This document shows, one piece after another, positions 10,895 to 20,301 of a stretch of 64,000 bases of DNA. The stretch spans positions 704,415 to 768,414 of the forward strand of contig CBDFMZ010000001.1 of NCBI GenBank assembly GCA_965249865.1. The letters run 5' to 3'. The notes beneath the pieces are model-generated. The model was not told the DNA's origin. It searched no databases and saw nothing but the letters and a program-made list of their open reading frames with translations. Both the position numbers and the translations under genes were made by a program. This DNA comes from Acidobacteriota bacterium. GTDB lineage: Bacteria > Acidobacteriota > UBA6911 > RPQK01 > CBDFMZ01. Numbering within the stretch: position 1 is the first letter of the stretch; every line of letters begins with the position of its first letter.

Positions 10895-12478
10895 ATGGCT
10901 GACGGAAATCTGGCGCGGTGGCAGGATCTGGTGGTCATCGCTCTCAATCTAGGCGTCATGGTGGCCATCGGGGTTTACTGCGCGCGCAGGACGCGTTCCT
11001 CAGACGCTTACTTTCTAGCCAACCGTAGCATGCCGGGGTGGGTAGTCGCCTTCTCCATGATGGCAACCATCGTCAGCTCGATGACTTTTCTGGGACTCCC
11101 GGGCTCTACCTTTAACGACGACTGGAGGTTTATGCTGGCGCATGCTCTCTACTTCGTTCCCGCAGCCATTGGGTGTTTTGTCTTCATGCCCTTCTTTCGC
11201 CGCGGACATGTCCGCTCAGCTTACGAATACCTGGAAAGGCGTTTTGGCACCTGGGCTCTAGTCTATGGCGCGGTGGCGTTTCTCTCCTATCACATGTTTC
11301 GAATCGGGATCATTCTCTATGCCGTAAGCCTCCCTTTTCAACGGATGAGCGGTGTGGATCTGCCCTATGTCATCTGCGTCCTCGGGATTCTAGTGGCTGT
11401 ATACACCATCGCCGGAGGGCTGCAGGCGGTAATATATACCGATTTTCTTCAGGGACTGGCTCTCATCGCCGGAGGAGCCATCTGTATGCCGATCATCGCG
11501 CAGCACCTGCCCGGTGGTTTCAGCCAGATCTTCACCGAGGCCTATGTGGACGGCAAATTCTCGGTCGGCAGTACCGGACTGAATCTGGATGAAAAGACTG
11601 TGTGGGTCATCATTCTCGCCTACCAGTTCCAGTTCCTTCAAATGGTATGCACCGACCAGACCATGGTACAGCGCTATCTGGCCATAAAGACCGACAAGGA
11701 GGCACGTCGAGGATTCGCCTTGGGGACAGCCCTGACGATTGCGGTTTGGCTCTATTTCGCCTTCGTTGGAACGGCACTCTACGTCTTTTATAAGAACTTC
11801 CCTACTTTGGCACTGGACAACGCAGAACCCGAAGTGGTCTTTCCGTATTTCATTCTTACACAAGTCCCCGCGGGTGTGGCTGGCTTCGTCATAGCGGGCC
11901 TACTGGCTTCTGCCATGTCGACGCTCGACTCTAGTATCAACGCCTCTGCCGCAATCGTGACGACCGATTTTTACCGCCGGTTCCGACCATCCGCGCGAGG
12001 CGAAAAACACTATCTTCGGGTGGGGCGCTGGTTCTCGCTCCTGTTCTCCCTGATCATGATCGGTGTGGCGTTGGTGATTCACTTCATGCGAACCGAGACT
12101 CTGATGGACATCCAGACGGTGGTCTACCCGGTTGTGAGCGCGGGTCTGTTGAGTCTTTTTGTCTTGGGATTCACGACTGTTCGTGTCGATACCCGGGCCG
12201 CTTTGATTGCTACTCTAAGCACGGTACTACTGGTCGCGGTTTGGGTCTTTTTGACCACAGGATGGGGTGAGAAAAATTTCCCCTACCTGGTTGACCGTCT
12301 GCCGAACGAGTTTTGGGTCGGGGTCCTCCCTCATCTTTTTTTTGTTGTCGTCGGGTATTTCATGAGCTTCTTGCTGCCTCGCCGCCCAGCCAAGAGTCTC
12401 GATAATCTGACCATGTGGACGAGCACTCCCCAGGGACTCCCCAAGAAAAACGCGGCTCCACTTGACCCTGACATTTGA
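10895..12478 (+). CDS. sodium:solute symporter (SSF) family transporter
   Basis: 527-aa ORF with about 13 hydrophobic segments; SSF-like motifs (GGLQAVIYTDFLQG); good RBS spacing. Confidence 0.8.
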   Translation: MADGNLARWQDLVVIALNLGVMVAIGVYCARRTRSSDAYFLANRSMPGWVVAFSMMATIVSSMTFLGLPGSTFNDDWRFMLAHALYFVPAAIGCFVFMPFFRRGHVRSAYEYLERRFGTWALVYGAVAFLSYHMFRIGIILYAVSLPFQRMSGVDLPYVICVLGILVAVYTIAGGLQAVIYTDFLQGLALIAGGAICMPIIAQHLPGGFSQIFTEAYVDGKFSVGSTGLNLDEKTVWVIILAYQFQFLQMVCTDQTMVQRYLAIKTDKEARRGFALGTALTIAVWLYFAFVGTALYVFYKNFPTLALDNAEPEVVFPYFILTQVPAGVAGFVIAGLLASAMSTLDSSINASAAIVTTDFYRRFRPSARGEKHYLRVGRWFSLLFSLIMIGVALVIHFMRTETLMDIQTVVYPVVSAGLLSLFVLGFTTVRVDTRAALIATLSTVLLVAVWVFLTTGWGEKNFPYLVDRLPNEFWVGVLPHLFFVVVGYFMSFLLPRRPAKSLDNLTMWTSTPQGLPKKNAAPLDPDI

Positions 12479-12498
12479 GTTAAGAAAGAAGGAAAACT

Positions 12499-13248
12499 AT
12501 GTGTGACCCCCTATTCGCCAGGTGCACCGCTTTGGTAACCGGCGGCTCCCGAGGCATCGGCCGAGCCATAAGCTTGATGCTGGCCCAACACGGCTCCAAA
12601 GTCGCCGTCAACTACCAGCAAAACGAAGCCGCCGCCCAGGAAGTCTGTGCCCAAATCGAAGCCGACGGCGGCCAAGCCATCGCCGTCCAGGCGGACGTTT
12701 CCCAACAAGAAGAAGTGGAGTACATCATCGCCAAAATCCGCCACCACTTCGGCCCCATCCAACTCCTGGTCAACAACGCCGGAATCGCCTCCACCGAAGA
12801 CCACGACCAATTCGGCTTTGCCCAGTGGAAGCGCATGTTCGATGTCAACGTGGATGGCCCCTTCCTTACCACCTGGGCCGTCAAAGACGAAATGATCGAG
12901 CAACGCTATGGCCGCATCGTCAACATCTCTTCCCTGGCCGGCGTCGTCCTCAAAAAGCGCAATATCCACTATGCCACCACCAAGGCAGCCCTCATCTCCT
13001 TCACCCGACACTGCGCCGAAGCCTTTGCCCCCTACAACGTCCGTGTCAACTGCCTGGCCCCCGGCCTCACCGACACCGAAATGGCTCGTACGGCCAACCC
13101 TGGCCTGGTAGACGACATCATCGGCGCCACCCCCATGGGTCGCATAGCCGATCCACAGGAAATGGCCTCGGTGGTCAAATTCCTCCTCTCCGACGACTCT
13201 AGTTTCGTAACCGGCCAGACCGTGGTCGCCTGCGGCGGTCGGACCTAA
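12499..13248 (+). CDS. short-chain dehydrogenase/reductase (3-oxoacyl-ACP reductase FabG-like)
   Basis: 249-aa ORF; TGGSRGIGRAI Rossmann motif, NNAG, catalytic YxxxK in HYATTKAAL; classic SDR. Confidence 0.9.
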   Translation: MCDPLFARCTALVTGGSRGIGRAISLMLAQHGSKVAVNYQQNEAAAQEVCAQIEADGGQAIAVQADVSQQEEVEYIIAKIRHHFGPIQLLVNNAGIASTEDHDQFGFAQWKRMFDVNVDGPFLTTWAVKDEMIEQRYGRIVNISSLAGVVLKKRNIHYATTKAALISFTRHCAEAFAPYNVRVNCLAPGLTDTEMARTANPGLVDDIIGATPMGRIADPQEMASVVKFLLSDDSSFVTGQTVVACGGRT

Positions 13249-13320
13249 CACGCTTATGGGGACTGCCGTTGACCACCCGCTGCGCGACTGTCGTGTCTGA
13301 ACTTCTGGTACGATGGTTAC

Positions 13321-13716
13321 ATGCTTTTGCGTCTTCTGCTGCTCTTTACCGTCGTCCCTCTGGTGGAGTTATATCTACTAATTCAAGTTGGAAACTACAT
13401 CGGTGCCCTGTCTACGGTTGGAATCGTCGTTGTGACGGGCATACTAGGAGGCCTATTGGCTAGAAATCAGGGGCTAGTTGTCCTGCGAAAGGTTCAGCGA
13501 GAAGTCCAGGAAGGCAGGCTACCGACAAGCACGCTCTTTGATGGCCTGCTGATTCTGATTGCTGGAGTGGTGCTGGTCACACCTGGCTTGCTAACGGATT
13601 GCTTGGGTTTCGTGCTGCTGATGCCGTGGACCAGACAAGCCTTCAAAAGGTGGCTGAAAAGCAAAGTACAGGAGAGAATCTCGCAAGGTGAGATTCAGGT
13701 CCACACCAATTTTTGA
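13321..13716 (+). CDS. fxsA: FxsA family cytoplasmic membrane protein
   Basis: 131-aa ORF; N-terminal LLFTVVPLVELYLLIQVG and conserved LTDCLGFVLLMPWTR match the FxsA (phage-exclusion suppressor) family. Confidence 0.75.
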   Translation: MLLRLLLLFTVVPLVELYLLIQVGNYIGALSTVGIVVVTGILGGLLARNQGLVVLRKVQREVQEGRLPTSTLFDGLLILIAGVVLVTPGLLTDCLGFVLLMPWTRQAFKRWLKSKVQERISQGEIQVHTNF

Positions 13717-13915
13717 GGTGTCTTCACGCGGCAGGGACCACTTAAGTCCCTAATTGCATATTGTGGAATTGAAGCATATTCCTTCTTTGATCGAGGATAA
13801 ATTGCTTTGTATCGAGGTTAGAGAGTGGGCCATGAGGCGGAGATAGAATGTGTCTGATGAGGTTTTTGCCGCGACTGGGCGCAAGCCAGGGGATTACTCC
13901 TCCAATCGCCCTATC

Positions 13916-14458
13916 TCAACATCGGTGTGGTTTTGAATCGCGGCCAGCACCTGCCGATAGTTGTTTTTGTCCAGGCGCAAGATCATATAATCTCCGTCCC
14001 CTGCTAGAATTCTTTGTAGTTTGAACGGTGAGCCAGTGCTTATTTCTCTTCAGAAAGAAAAAAGGAATCGCCATGGCCGATAGCCACGGAAACAAACCGA
14101 CACCAGTCTTCCATCTAGGATGCTTGGATTTCGAGTAGGTCAGAAGTTTCAGGTCCCCCCAGAGTACTTTGTTGAGGGTCTCTCCGGTCTTGGCATTGTA
14201 GGCTCCGATGGACTGATTTGTCAGCGTCAACTTAGCCTTTATTTCTGTTGCCTTATCGCCAACTGGTTGCATGTACTTGATTTTGGTGAAAGTCAGATTT
14301 CTGGGAAAGGACACTGGAGGGAATAGGCATACGATCATAAAGAGGGCTAGGAGGGGTTTCGACACATTTTTTCTCCTGTTGAAAGGGAGTCCAATGGCCA
14401 AATAAAAAAAGGAAAAACCGGAAACGAAAGCTTTTAAGTCGATTTTGATTGAAGACAC
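13916..14458 (-). CDS. hypothetical protein (possibly disrupted lipoprotein)
   Basis: 180-aa ORF in AT-richer DNA; start uncertain; no recognisable family. Confidence 0.3.
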   Translation of the reverse strand: MSSIKIDLKAFVSGFSFFYLAIGLPFNRRKNVSKPLLALFMIVCLFPPVSFPRNLTFTKIKYMQPVGDKATEIKAKLTLTNQSIGAYNAKTGETLNKVLWGDLKLLTYSKSKHPRWKTGVGLFPWLSAMAIPFFFLKRNKHWLTVQTTKNSSRGRRLYDLAPGQKQLSAGAGRDSKPHRC

Positions 14459-15364
14459 ACTCGTTAGGTTTGTCGATATTGTTTACTTTTGTCTCGAATC
14501 CGTTATCCAGACTACTCGGGATTGTGGATCGATTCAAACCACTCTAGGCTCCCCACCTGCGTGAGCGAGGGAGACTATGACGATGCTGCGCAATATCTCG
14601 ATCAATTCTAGGGCAAAATTTCAGGCACATTCGAACTTTACAGAAATTATCGCAATCGATAAGCTCTTTGTTATCAACGCGCGCCCGTAGCCTCAGCCTG
14701 GATAGAGCAACGGACTTCTAATCCCAACTGAAGCAAAGCACTTAACTTACATTTGCTAATAAATAAAGGGCTTTCCGGATTCTTCGCCGTTGAAGGAAGT
14801 CACTTGATTACCACTCTCTCACATCCTGCACAGGAGGCAATCTTATAGGCTACACTGGACTGCATGAGTGTTGTTGAGGAGGTAAGTTCTCACCTCCAAA
14901 CAACGAAACTTCATCCTCTACTATATCCAAACCAACGGCAATGCCCCTGAAGCTGCCATGATGTCCAACAACTGTTCCACACAGGACCGACAATGAGAAG
15001 GACCCACCTCGACCTTCACGGATAAAGATTATGAAAAAAATACCTTCAAGGAGCGAGGTGCTAAAAGTCAGAGGACCTGTGTAGGGTGCTTTGCGAAAAA
15101 AAGCGCATTAATTGACCATTCAGGTTGAACTGTCACCAGATTGCCAGGATACAATAGGCTTGGCTAAGCGACTGAAGTCAGCATTACGCACAGCTTTTGC
15201 TTTAAGAATCCCCGTTTTCATCGTCCCTCCAGGACATTTGCCCCGGTTTGAAGTGAAGTCCGAACGCTGGACTCGTTTCTGAAGTAGCCCAAGGGGCACA
15301 TTCTTCTTCAAAATAACGACTGCTGAAGTTGTAAAAACAGGGCCACGCGCGACGACTTTTAACG

Positions 15365-15394
15365 TTGACTATTTGTGCATTGAACTGCTAGGAT
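15365..15394 (+). promoter_or_regulatory. sigma70-like promoter candidate (TTGACT-18-TAGGAT) upstream of 15466 gene
   Basis: ttgact at 15365-15370 and taggat at 15389-15394 with 18-nt spacer; aggagg RBS precedes the ATG at 15466. Confidence 0.3.
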
Positions 15395-15465
15395 CGCCAT
15401 ATAAGGAAAGAGCTTTTTGGGAGGATGAAACTAGGGATTAACCCTTCCAGCTAAAGGAGGAGTCC

Positions 15466-15867
15466 ATGCGGATGGTTCTGACCGTCCTTTTAGTGATTTT
15501 CCCCGCTCTTCAGCCGGTCGCTCGAGCCGAGCAGATTTCACTTCACGTGGTACCGACAGAGGAGTTGCGGAGGACTATGGCGGCCACATTCCTCCAGCGC
15601 GAGTTGGATATCCAGGTAGTTGCAACGATGCTCCGCCACGAGGAAATCCAGAAACAGGTGGGAAGACTTGTCAACCTGGAGAGGATCGTAGAGACACTCC
15701 CCACCCTGAGTGATGAGACATTGAATCAGCTTGCCGAGGAGAGCCGGAAAGTCAACGACCAGCTCCAAGCAGGTGATTTCGGCGGGGCCTGGTTGTGGAT
15801 CGTCTTTGCTGCGGTTGCTGCCATCGTCATCTTTGTGTCGATTACCTACATCAGTGATGACGCTTAG
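15466..15867 (+). CDS. hypothetical secreted/membrane-anchored protein
   Basis: 133-aa ORF; N-terminal signal peptide (MRMVLTVLLVIFPALQPVARA), C-terminal TM helix; strong RBS. Confidence 0.5.
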   Translation: MRMVLTVLLVIFPALQPVARAEQISLHVVPTEELRRTMAATFLQRELDIQVVATMLRHEEIQKQVGRLVNLERIVETLPTLSDETLNQLAEESRKVNDQLQAGDFGGAWLWIVFAAVAAIVIFVSITYISDDA

Positions 15868-16281
15868 TGGTCTCGCTTTGTCAATAGCGAAAAAAGGTAT
15901 AACTAGGAGCAATAACCAGGCCATTCCGTGCACCACCACCATATCTTGCGGCCCCTCCCTTTCCCACTTCTCATTCGGGGCTACGGGGGCGGGAATCTAA
16001 TAAATTGAAGATGCTTATGTTCAGGCGGGTTTGGGCGATCCAAGTCTGAGATGTTCCTTTCAGCGAAGGGAGGCTGCCCGGTATTTGGGTCCTTCTTAGC
16101 GCCTCCTACACCCTGCTTTCTCCTCTCCCCTAGCGGGGGTGTTTCTGGCCTAGTGCGGACTGTTACATTAAGGGTACAGTGTTACGTAAAACATGTATGC
16201 TAAGCTCCCCGATACCCACTCGCCTCCGTATACCAATATTCCCATTCCAAAACCCCCCGCCTTAGGAGTCCAGTTCCAGGT

Positions 16282-16632
16282 TTGTCCGTGGGGATTCCCG
16301 AGAACGGCCAAGTCGAGTGTTGCACCACCAAGGGTGTCACTTGCTCGATGCTAAGTATTATAATTCGTAGGATGATAGACTATTTTATGCCCAAAAAAGG
16401 AAAGGCAGAGCCCAAGATGCTTCGGATCACCCCCATGCAGCGGGGCTGGTGCGACAAGATCCTCGAAGGCAAGAGCCAAACTGAGGCGGCAGTAGAGGCT
16501 TATGACCTTCAGAATAACCGGCGTGAGGCTGCCACTAGGGGTTACAGCTCCGGACAAAAACTGTCGTGCGTATATAGAATCACCACATGGATCACTCCAA
16601 CGCAGTACCTGAAGCTCTCCAAGCCATCATAG
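16282..16632 (+). CDS. phage terminase-small-subunit-like HTH protein (probably starts at 16387 MPKKG; possibly frameshifted into next ORF)
   Basis: Segment LRITPMQRGWCDKILEGKSQTEAAVEAYDLQNNRREAATRGYS matches the N-terminal DNA-binding motif of phage small terminases (..TPKQ..FC.EYL..gN.TeAa..AGYS). Overlaps the next ORF by 45 nt in another frame. Confidence 0.4.
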   Translation: MSVGIPENGQVECCTTKGVTCSMLSIIIRRMIDYFMPKKGKAEPKMLRITPMQRGWCDKILEGKSQTEAAVEAYDLQNNRREAATRGYSSGQKLSCVYRITTWITPTQYLKLSKPS

Positions 16633-17087
16633 ATATGCTTAAAGCCAACAAACACACACGCGAGAAAGGTAAATCAGTGGTGGTGGGGCCAGACTGGAAC
16701 GCAATACACAGAGCTGCCGAGATCATATTCAAGATAGCCAAATTCGGTGAATACCCCAAGAGTTCGGCAGATCTGGAGAAGTTTACGAAGACCCTAGACG
16801 TAAAGGCTATTGAAGCACGAACCGGAATAGTGAAGTCTGGAGAGGATATTGAGTACCTACCAACTGTAACGCCTAAGTTTGTGTCTCTCAACCCAGTGAA
16901 TTTTTCTGAAGAAAGCATCTCACGTTTAAGCCCTGTTGACGGCTCAGTCCGAGACCAAAAACCAGGGAACGACGTAGCGAATGACCAGCGGGCTGAAAGT
17001 GCAAATCTGGGCGAAGTCGAAAGGACGTCCGATTTCCCATCTTTGGAAGAGGCTGCTACCCTGCCCAAGGAGCGATACCACTATTAG
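16587..17087 (+). CDS. hypothetical protein (possible C-terminal continuation of terS-like gene)
   Basis: 166-aa ORF overlapping the upstream ORF; no recognisable motifs; acidic C-terminus. Confidence 0.35.
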   Translation: MDHSNAVPEALQAIIDMLKANKHTREKGKSVVVGPDWNAIHRAAEIIFKIAKFGEYPKSSADLEKFTKTLDVKAIEARTGIVKSGEDIEYLPTVTPKFVSLNPVNFSEESISRLSPVDGSVRDQKPGNDVANDQRAESANLGEVERTSDFPSLEEAATLPKERYHY

Positions 17088-17102
17088 ACCCCCGTTCACC
17101 AT

Positions 17103-18059
17103 ATGGGACACTCAATCTACTTCCCTTCATTTCTTGCTCAGCACAATGAAAGGTCCTGGTGCGAGGCGCTGGATAGCCTTCTGCCGCTGATCCACCCGGT
17201 CGACCAGGATGCCACTCGTGTTTGGTTTGCTTTTTGGCCTCTACATCTCTACCGGGTCATCCAACAGTCCGACAACCTCAACCAAACGGAGCAGAAGCTG
17301 GAAATGGAGGGACACTACTTGCTTGAGCAACAGCTCGACTCCTCACTCGGTTTTCTTGTGGGCTCTCAATACTGGCCTGAGGTTAAAGAAGCTGTCTGCT
17401 CCCACGCGGAGAGCTCCACATCCACTGATGGCGGCCTGGCCAATCAGATCCGTGCCATCGCGAAAAAACTAGCGTCTACTCTTCAGGTTCCTGAGTCTCA
17501 TCTCATCGGAATCACAACCGTCGCCTTGATGGCCTTACGACAGATCGGCCCGGCCGTTTTTTCTGCAACTTCCATCAAGGTCGCTAAAAGAAAAGCCTCT
17601 CCCAATCAGGTCTTGAGAGCCCGCTCCAGAAAAAGGGGCTGGTTTTTTGGCTTTCTGCACACTGTTGACTCCAAATACACGGTCATCTTTGACGAACACG
17701 ACAAAGCGTCTCGTTTCGAGGCCGTCCACGGCCAGAATATTTCAATGGCTGCTGGGAAGGATCACAGAGACTATCAATCGATCGATCCGCGACGTATTCA
17801 GGGACCGATTCCCTTCCAATGCCGTACGGGAACCTGTGGAACCTGCTGGATTGGTGTTCTAAGCGGGAAAGAAAAGTTGTCTCCGATCAGTGAATTCGAA
17901 AGGGCACGTTTGAAATACTTCGGCTACGACTTTGGTAGCTTCGACCAAGAAACTCATCCCCCCATTCGTCTCTCCTGCCAGGCCCGATGCTTCGGAGACG
18001 TTTCCATCGCTATCGCCCCCTGGAATGGGGTTCTCAACGTCCGGCGATCCGACCGCTGA
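17103..18059 (+). CDS. hypothetical protein with C-terminal plant-type [2Fe-2S] ferredoxin domain
   Basis: 318-aa ORF; C-terminal 90 aa carry CRTGTCGTC ... LSCQARC (C-x4-C-x2-C ... C), the 2Fe-2S ferredoxin ligand pattern; N-terminal 220 aa unrecognised. Confidence 0.55.
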   Translation: MGHSIYFPSFLAQHNERSWCEALDSLLPLIHPVDQDATRVWFAFWPLHLYRVIQQSDNLNQTEQKLEMEGHYLLEQQLDSSLGFLVGSQYWPEVKEAVCSHAESSTSTDGGLANQIRAIAKKLASTLQVPESHLIGITTVALMALRQIGPAVFSATSIKVAKRKASPNQVLRARSRKRGWFFGFLHTVDSKYTVIFDEHDKASRFEAVHGQNISMAAGKDHRDYQSIDPRRIQGPIPFQCRTGTCGTCWIGVLSGKEKLSPISEFERARLKYFGYDFGSFDQETHPPIRLSCQARCFGDVSIAIAPWNGVLNVRRSDR

Positions 18060-18076
18060 TATAGAAACCAAGAGCA

Positions 18077-18553
18077 GTGGCTGATCAAGAAACTCTTTGT
18101 CTTGAGCGGGAGGGACCTGACCCTCGCTCCCAAGACGTTGAAACCTTGCAAGCATTTCTGGAAGCGTTCAATCATCATGGCCAGCCCACCTTCGCGGTGG
18201 GGAGCCCGGAAGTCTTGTTCATCGCTTCGCCGAGATTCACAGAAGTGGAGAGGAACATCTTGTTTTTTCTTTATGAAGGTGGCGACTGGATCAATCTGGT
18301 GGGATCAACCCGTCAGCTGATCCATGAGGAAGGAGGGGCTTTCCTTTTTCTGCTCGCTGACTTCAGTAGTGCCGAAGCACACCGCCTTCTTGCAGGATCG
18401 TCCTCGACCCCTTCTGTGGAGCCGTCACAATCTCTCCTGGTCGCCTATAAGCTCGGCAGAAACTACCTCGGCTTCGACATCAACTCCGACTATTGGGCGT
18501 TTCTTACCGTAGGTTTTCGCACGGTTGCTCCCGCTACCCCAATTGGAACTTGA
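18077..18553 (+). CDS. hypothetical protein with degenerate DNA-methyltransferase-like C-terminal motif
   Basis: 158-aa ORF; C-terminal LLVAYKLGRNYLGFDINSDYW resembles the ..A..LGR.[FY]IGIEI..EY segment after motif I of N4/N6 DNA methylases, but the DPFxGSGTT motif is not intact. Confidence 0.3.
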   Translation: MADQETLCLEREGPDPRSQDVETLQAFLEAFNHHGQPTFAVGSPEVLFIASPRFTEVERNILFFLYEGGDWINLVGSTRQLIHEEGGAFLFLLADFSSAEAHRLLAGSSSTPSVEPSQSLLVAYKLGRNYLGFDINSDYWAFLTVGFRTVAPATPIGT

Positions 18554-18897
18554 CGGTGCGTATCTATTTATTCTTCTTTTCTTTTTTCAATTTTCGCTTT
18601 TCCTTTGGACTAAGCTGGGCCTTTTTCTGTTGTTCCCTTTTGCCTTTATCTTTACTTCCCTTATCACCCATATCTGCTTCTCCTGGATTAAAAACGAATG
18701 TTCCTCTAAGGGCCCAGCGTGCGGCGCCTCAGATGGCGATGCGCTCCACTTCGTCGAGTGTGATCTCATCCCCAGTCCGATTGTAGAGTTTCCTCAAAAA
18801 CTTCCCGACCATTTAGAGAACATCCCCTCTCTGTGGTCTCAATCCGGATCTGAAGGCTGCGGGGGAGGCCAGGCATCGATCCGCTCGCGTAGCTCTT

Positions 18898-19491
18898 TTA
18901 CCTCTTGCTCCAGCAGTTCGAGGCGAGCGTAAATCGAGGGCTGGGGTGGTTGCTCCCGGCGGCCGAGGAAGAAGGCGGCAGGGAGGGGGCTTCCTCTTGG
19001 GCAGCAGTGGCAAGGCTCCAGCGCGCCTCTTTTTGCCCGGGGAGACGGGGCAGCAACCGAACCAGAGGTTCTTCTCCGGCGGTCAGCTCTTGCAGTACGG
19101 CCTCCAGTTCCGCCGCAGAATCAAAAGGATGTAATCGTTCTGAACGGGCCCGAAGTTCTCCCGGAGTCTGGGGCCCGCGCAACAGCAGCAGGGCGAACGG
19201 GGCCTTGCGGGTCGGGTCGAACCCAATCCAGCGGTCGACGCGGTGGTTCCAGCGGTCTGCCCGGGCTCCACTGACTCGTTCCACCAGGCCGTCCTGCAGT
19301 AGGACTCTGAGGACATTGAGAACCTTAATTTCCGCCAGCTCCATCACGGGCTGCCGGTTGGTTTTCTGGTTGCAAGCCGCCACCAGGCCCTTGAGGGTCA
19401 GGGGATAGTTCTGAGGGGTGGCCAGCTCTTTCTCCAGCAGGCACCCCAGAACCCGCAGTTCCTGACCATCCAAGTCTTCCAGTCTTCTCAT
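18898..19491 (-). CDS. YceH/DUF480 family protein (C-terminus probably frameshifted)
   Basis: Translation from MRRLEDLDGQELRVLGCLLEKELATPQNYPLTLKGLVAACNQKTNRQPV matches the DUF480 (E. coli YceH-like) double winged-helix N-terminus. The expected C-terminal coiled coil (ARLELLEQEVKELRERIDAW) is encoded in a different minus-strand frame ending at 18839. Confidence 0.6.
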   Translation of the reverse strand: MRRLEDLDGQELRVLGCLLEKELATPQNYPLTLKGLVAACNQKTNRQPVMELAEIKVLNVLRVLLQDGLVERVSGARADRWNHRVDRWIGFDPTRKAPFALLLLRGPQTPGELRARSERLHPFDSAAELEAVLQELTAGEEPLVRLLPRLPGQKEARWSLATAAQEEAPSLPPSSSAAGSNHPSPRFTLASNCWSKR

Positions 19492-19633
19492 CTGGCCACC
19501 TTTACTGCCTTGCCTGCAGAGGCGGAAAAACTCCAATGTGAAAATCGCAGTGTAGGCAGTCCGCCTCACTACGGCCCATCTTTGTCGACCTTAAAACAAA
19601 CCCTAATCCAGATCACTGGCAAAGTTGAAAAAA

Positions 19634-19669
19634 TCTCCACGAGATGGGTCCTCACTTGGCGCCAAGGGG
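19634..19669. repeat. direct repeat copy 1 (about 35 bp) containing 12-bp palindrome cttggcgccaag
   Basis: atctccacgagatgggtcctcacttggcgccaagggg; near-identical copy (1-2 mismatches) 838 bp downstream. Confidence 0.7.
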
Positions 19670-19696
19670 TGATAGACTAGCAGAAATTCGCACGCC

Positions 19697-20161
19697 ATGA
19701 CTAGAAAAATCACGTTGGTCGCTCCTCTTGCAGTCTTATTCTTCTCGTCAGCGGTTGCGCAGAGCAATCTTCCAGAGAAGGTCAAACGGATTCGCGAAAA
19801 CGCCGAGCAGGGAGTCGTGAGTGCACAGTACATTTTGGGTGACATGTATTACTTAGGAAGAGGTGTACCGGAGGACTATCAGGAGGCGGTTAAGTGGTAT
19901 CGAAAAGCGGCCGAGCAGGGATATGCCTACGGTCAATATTTTCTGGGAACGACGTATATGGATGGGCGTGGCGTGCCCCAAGATGATGTTCGGGCCCACA
20001 TGTGGTTAAACCTGGCAGCATCGAAACTTTCAGGCGAGGATCGAGACAATGTCGGGGAGCAACGTGATAGTCTTGCCAAAAAGATGAGTCGGGAAGAGAT
20101 AGTCGAGGCCCAGAGGCTAGCACGTGAGTGGAAGCCCAAAGGCGAGGAAACAGGAGAATAG
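19697..20161 (+). CDS. Sel1-repeat (TPR-like) secreted protein
   Basis: 154-aa ORF; signal peptide; three Sel1-type repeats (AQYILGDMYYLGRGVPEDYQEAVKWYRKAAEQG, YGQYFLGTTYMDGRGVPQD...). Confidence 0.8.
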   Translation: MTRKITLVAPLAVLFFSSAVAQSNLPEKVKRIRENAEQGVVSAQYILGDMYYLGRGVPEDYQEAVKWYRKAAEQGYAYGQYFLGTTYMDGRGVPQDDVRAHMWLNLAASKLSGEDRDNVGEQRDSLAKKMSREEIVEAQRLAREWKPKGEETGE

Positions 20162-20301
20162 AAGGGGGGAAGGTTGCGCACCTCGAAGCACCAATCCTTG
20201 CTCCTGCAAAGGTGTTGTTAAAGGGCTATAAGGACAATCGGCACACTGTCCCAATGTGTCCTGTCCAGATAAGAAAACTGCCTCTGGGGGAGGCGGTAAT
20301 T

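Noticed and set aside
12511-13251. Long antisense and alternate-frame ORFs (246 aa minus strand; 226 aa and 82 aa plus strand) overlapping the SDR gene
   Set aside because: The SDR frame has complete catalytic motifs; the overlapping ORFs are low-complexity (G/D/V, R/P or S/T/P-rich) and typical of stop-codon-poor high-GC DNA.
15120-15311. 63-aa basic minus-strand ORF (KRVQRSDFTSNRGKCPGG...) in the AT-rich islet
   Set aside because: No RBS or recognisable family; could be a small protein but evidence insufficient.
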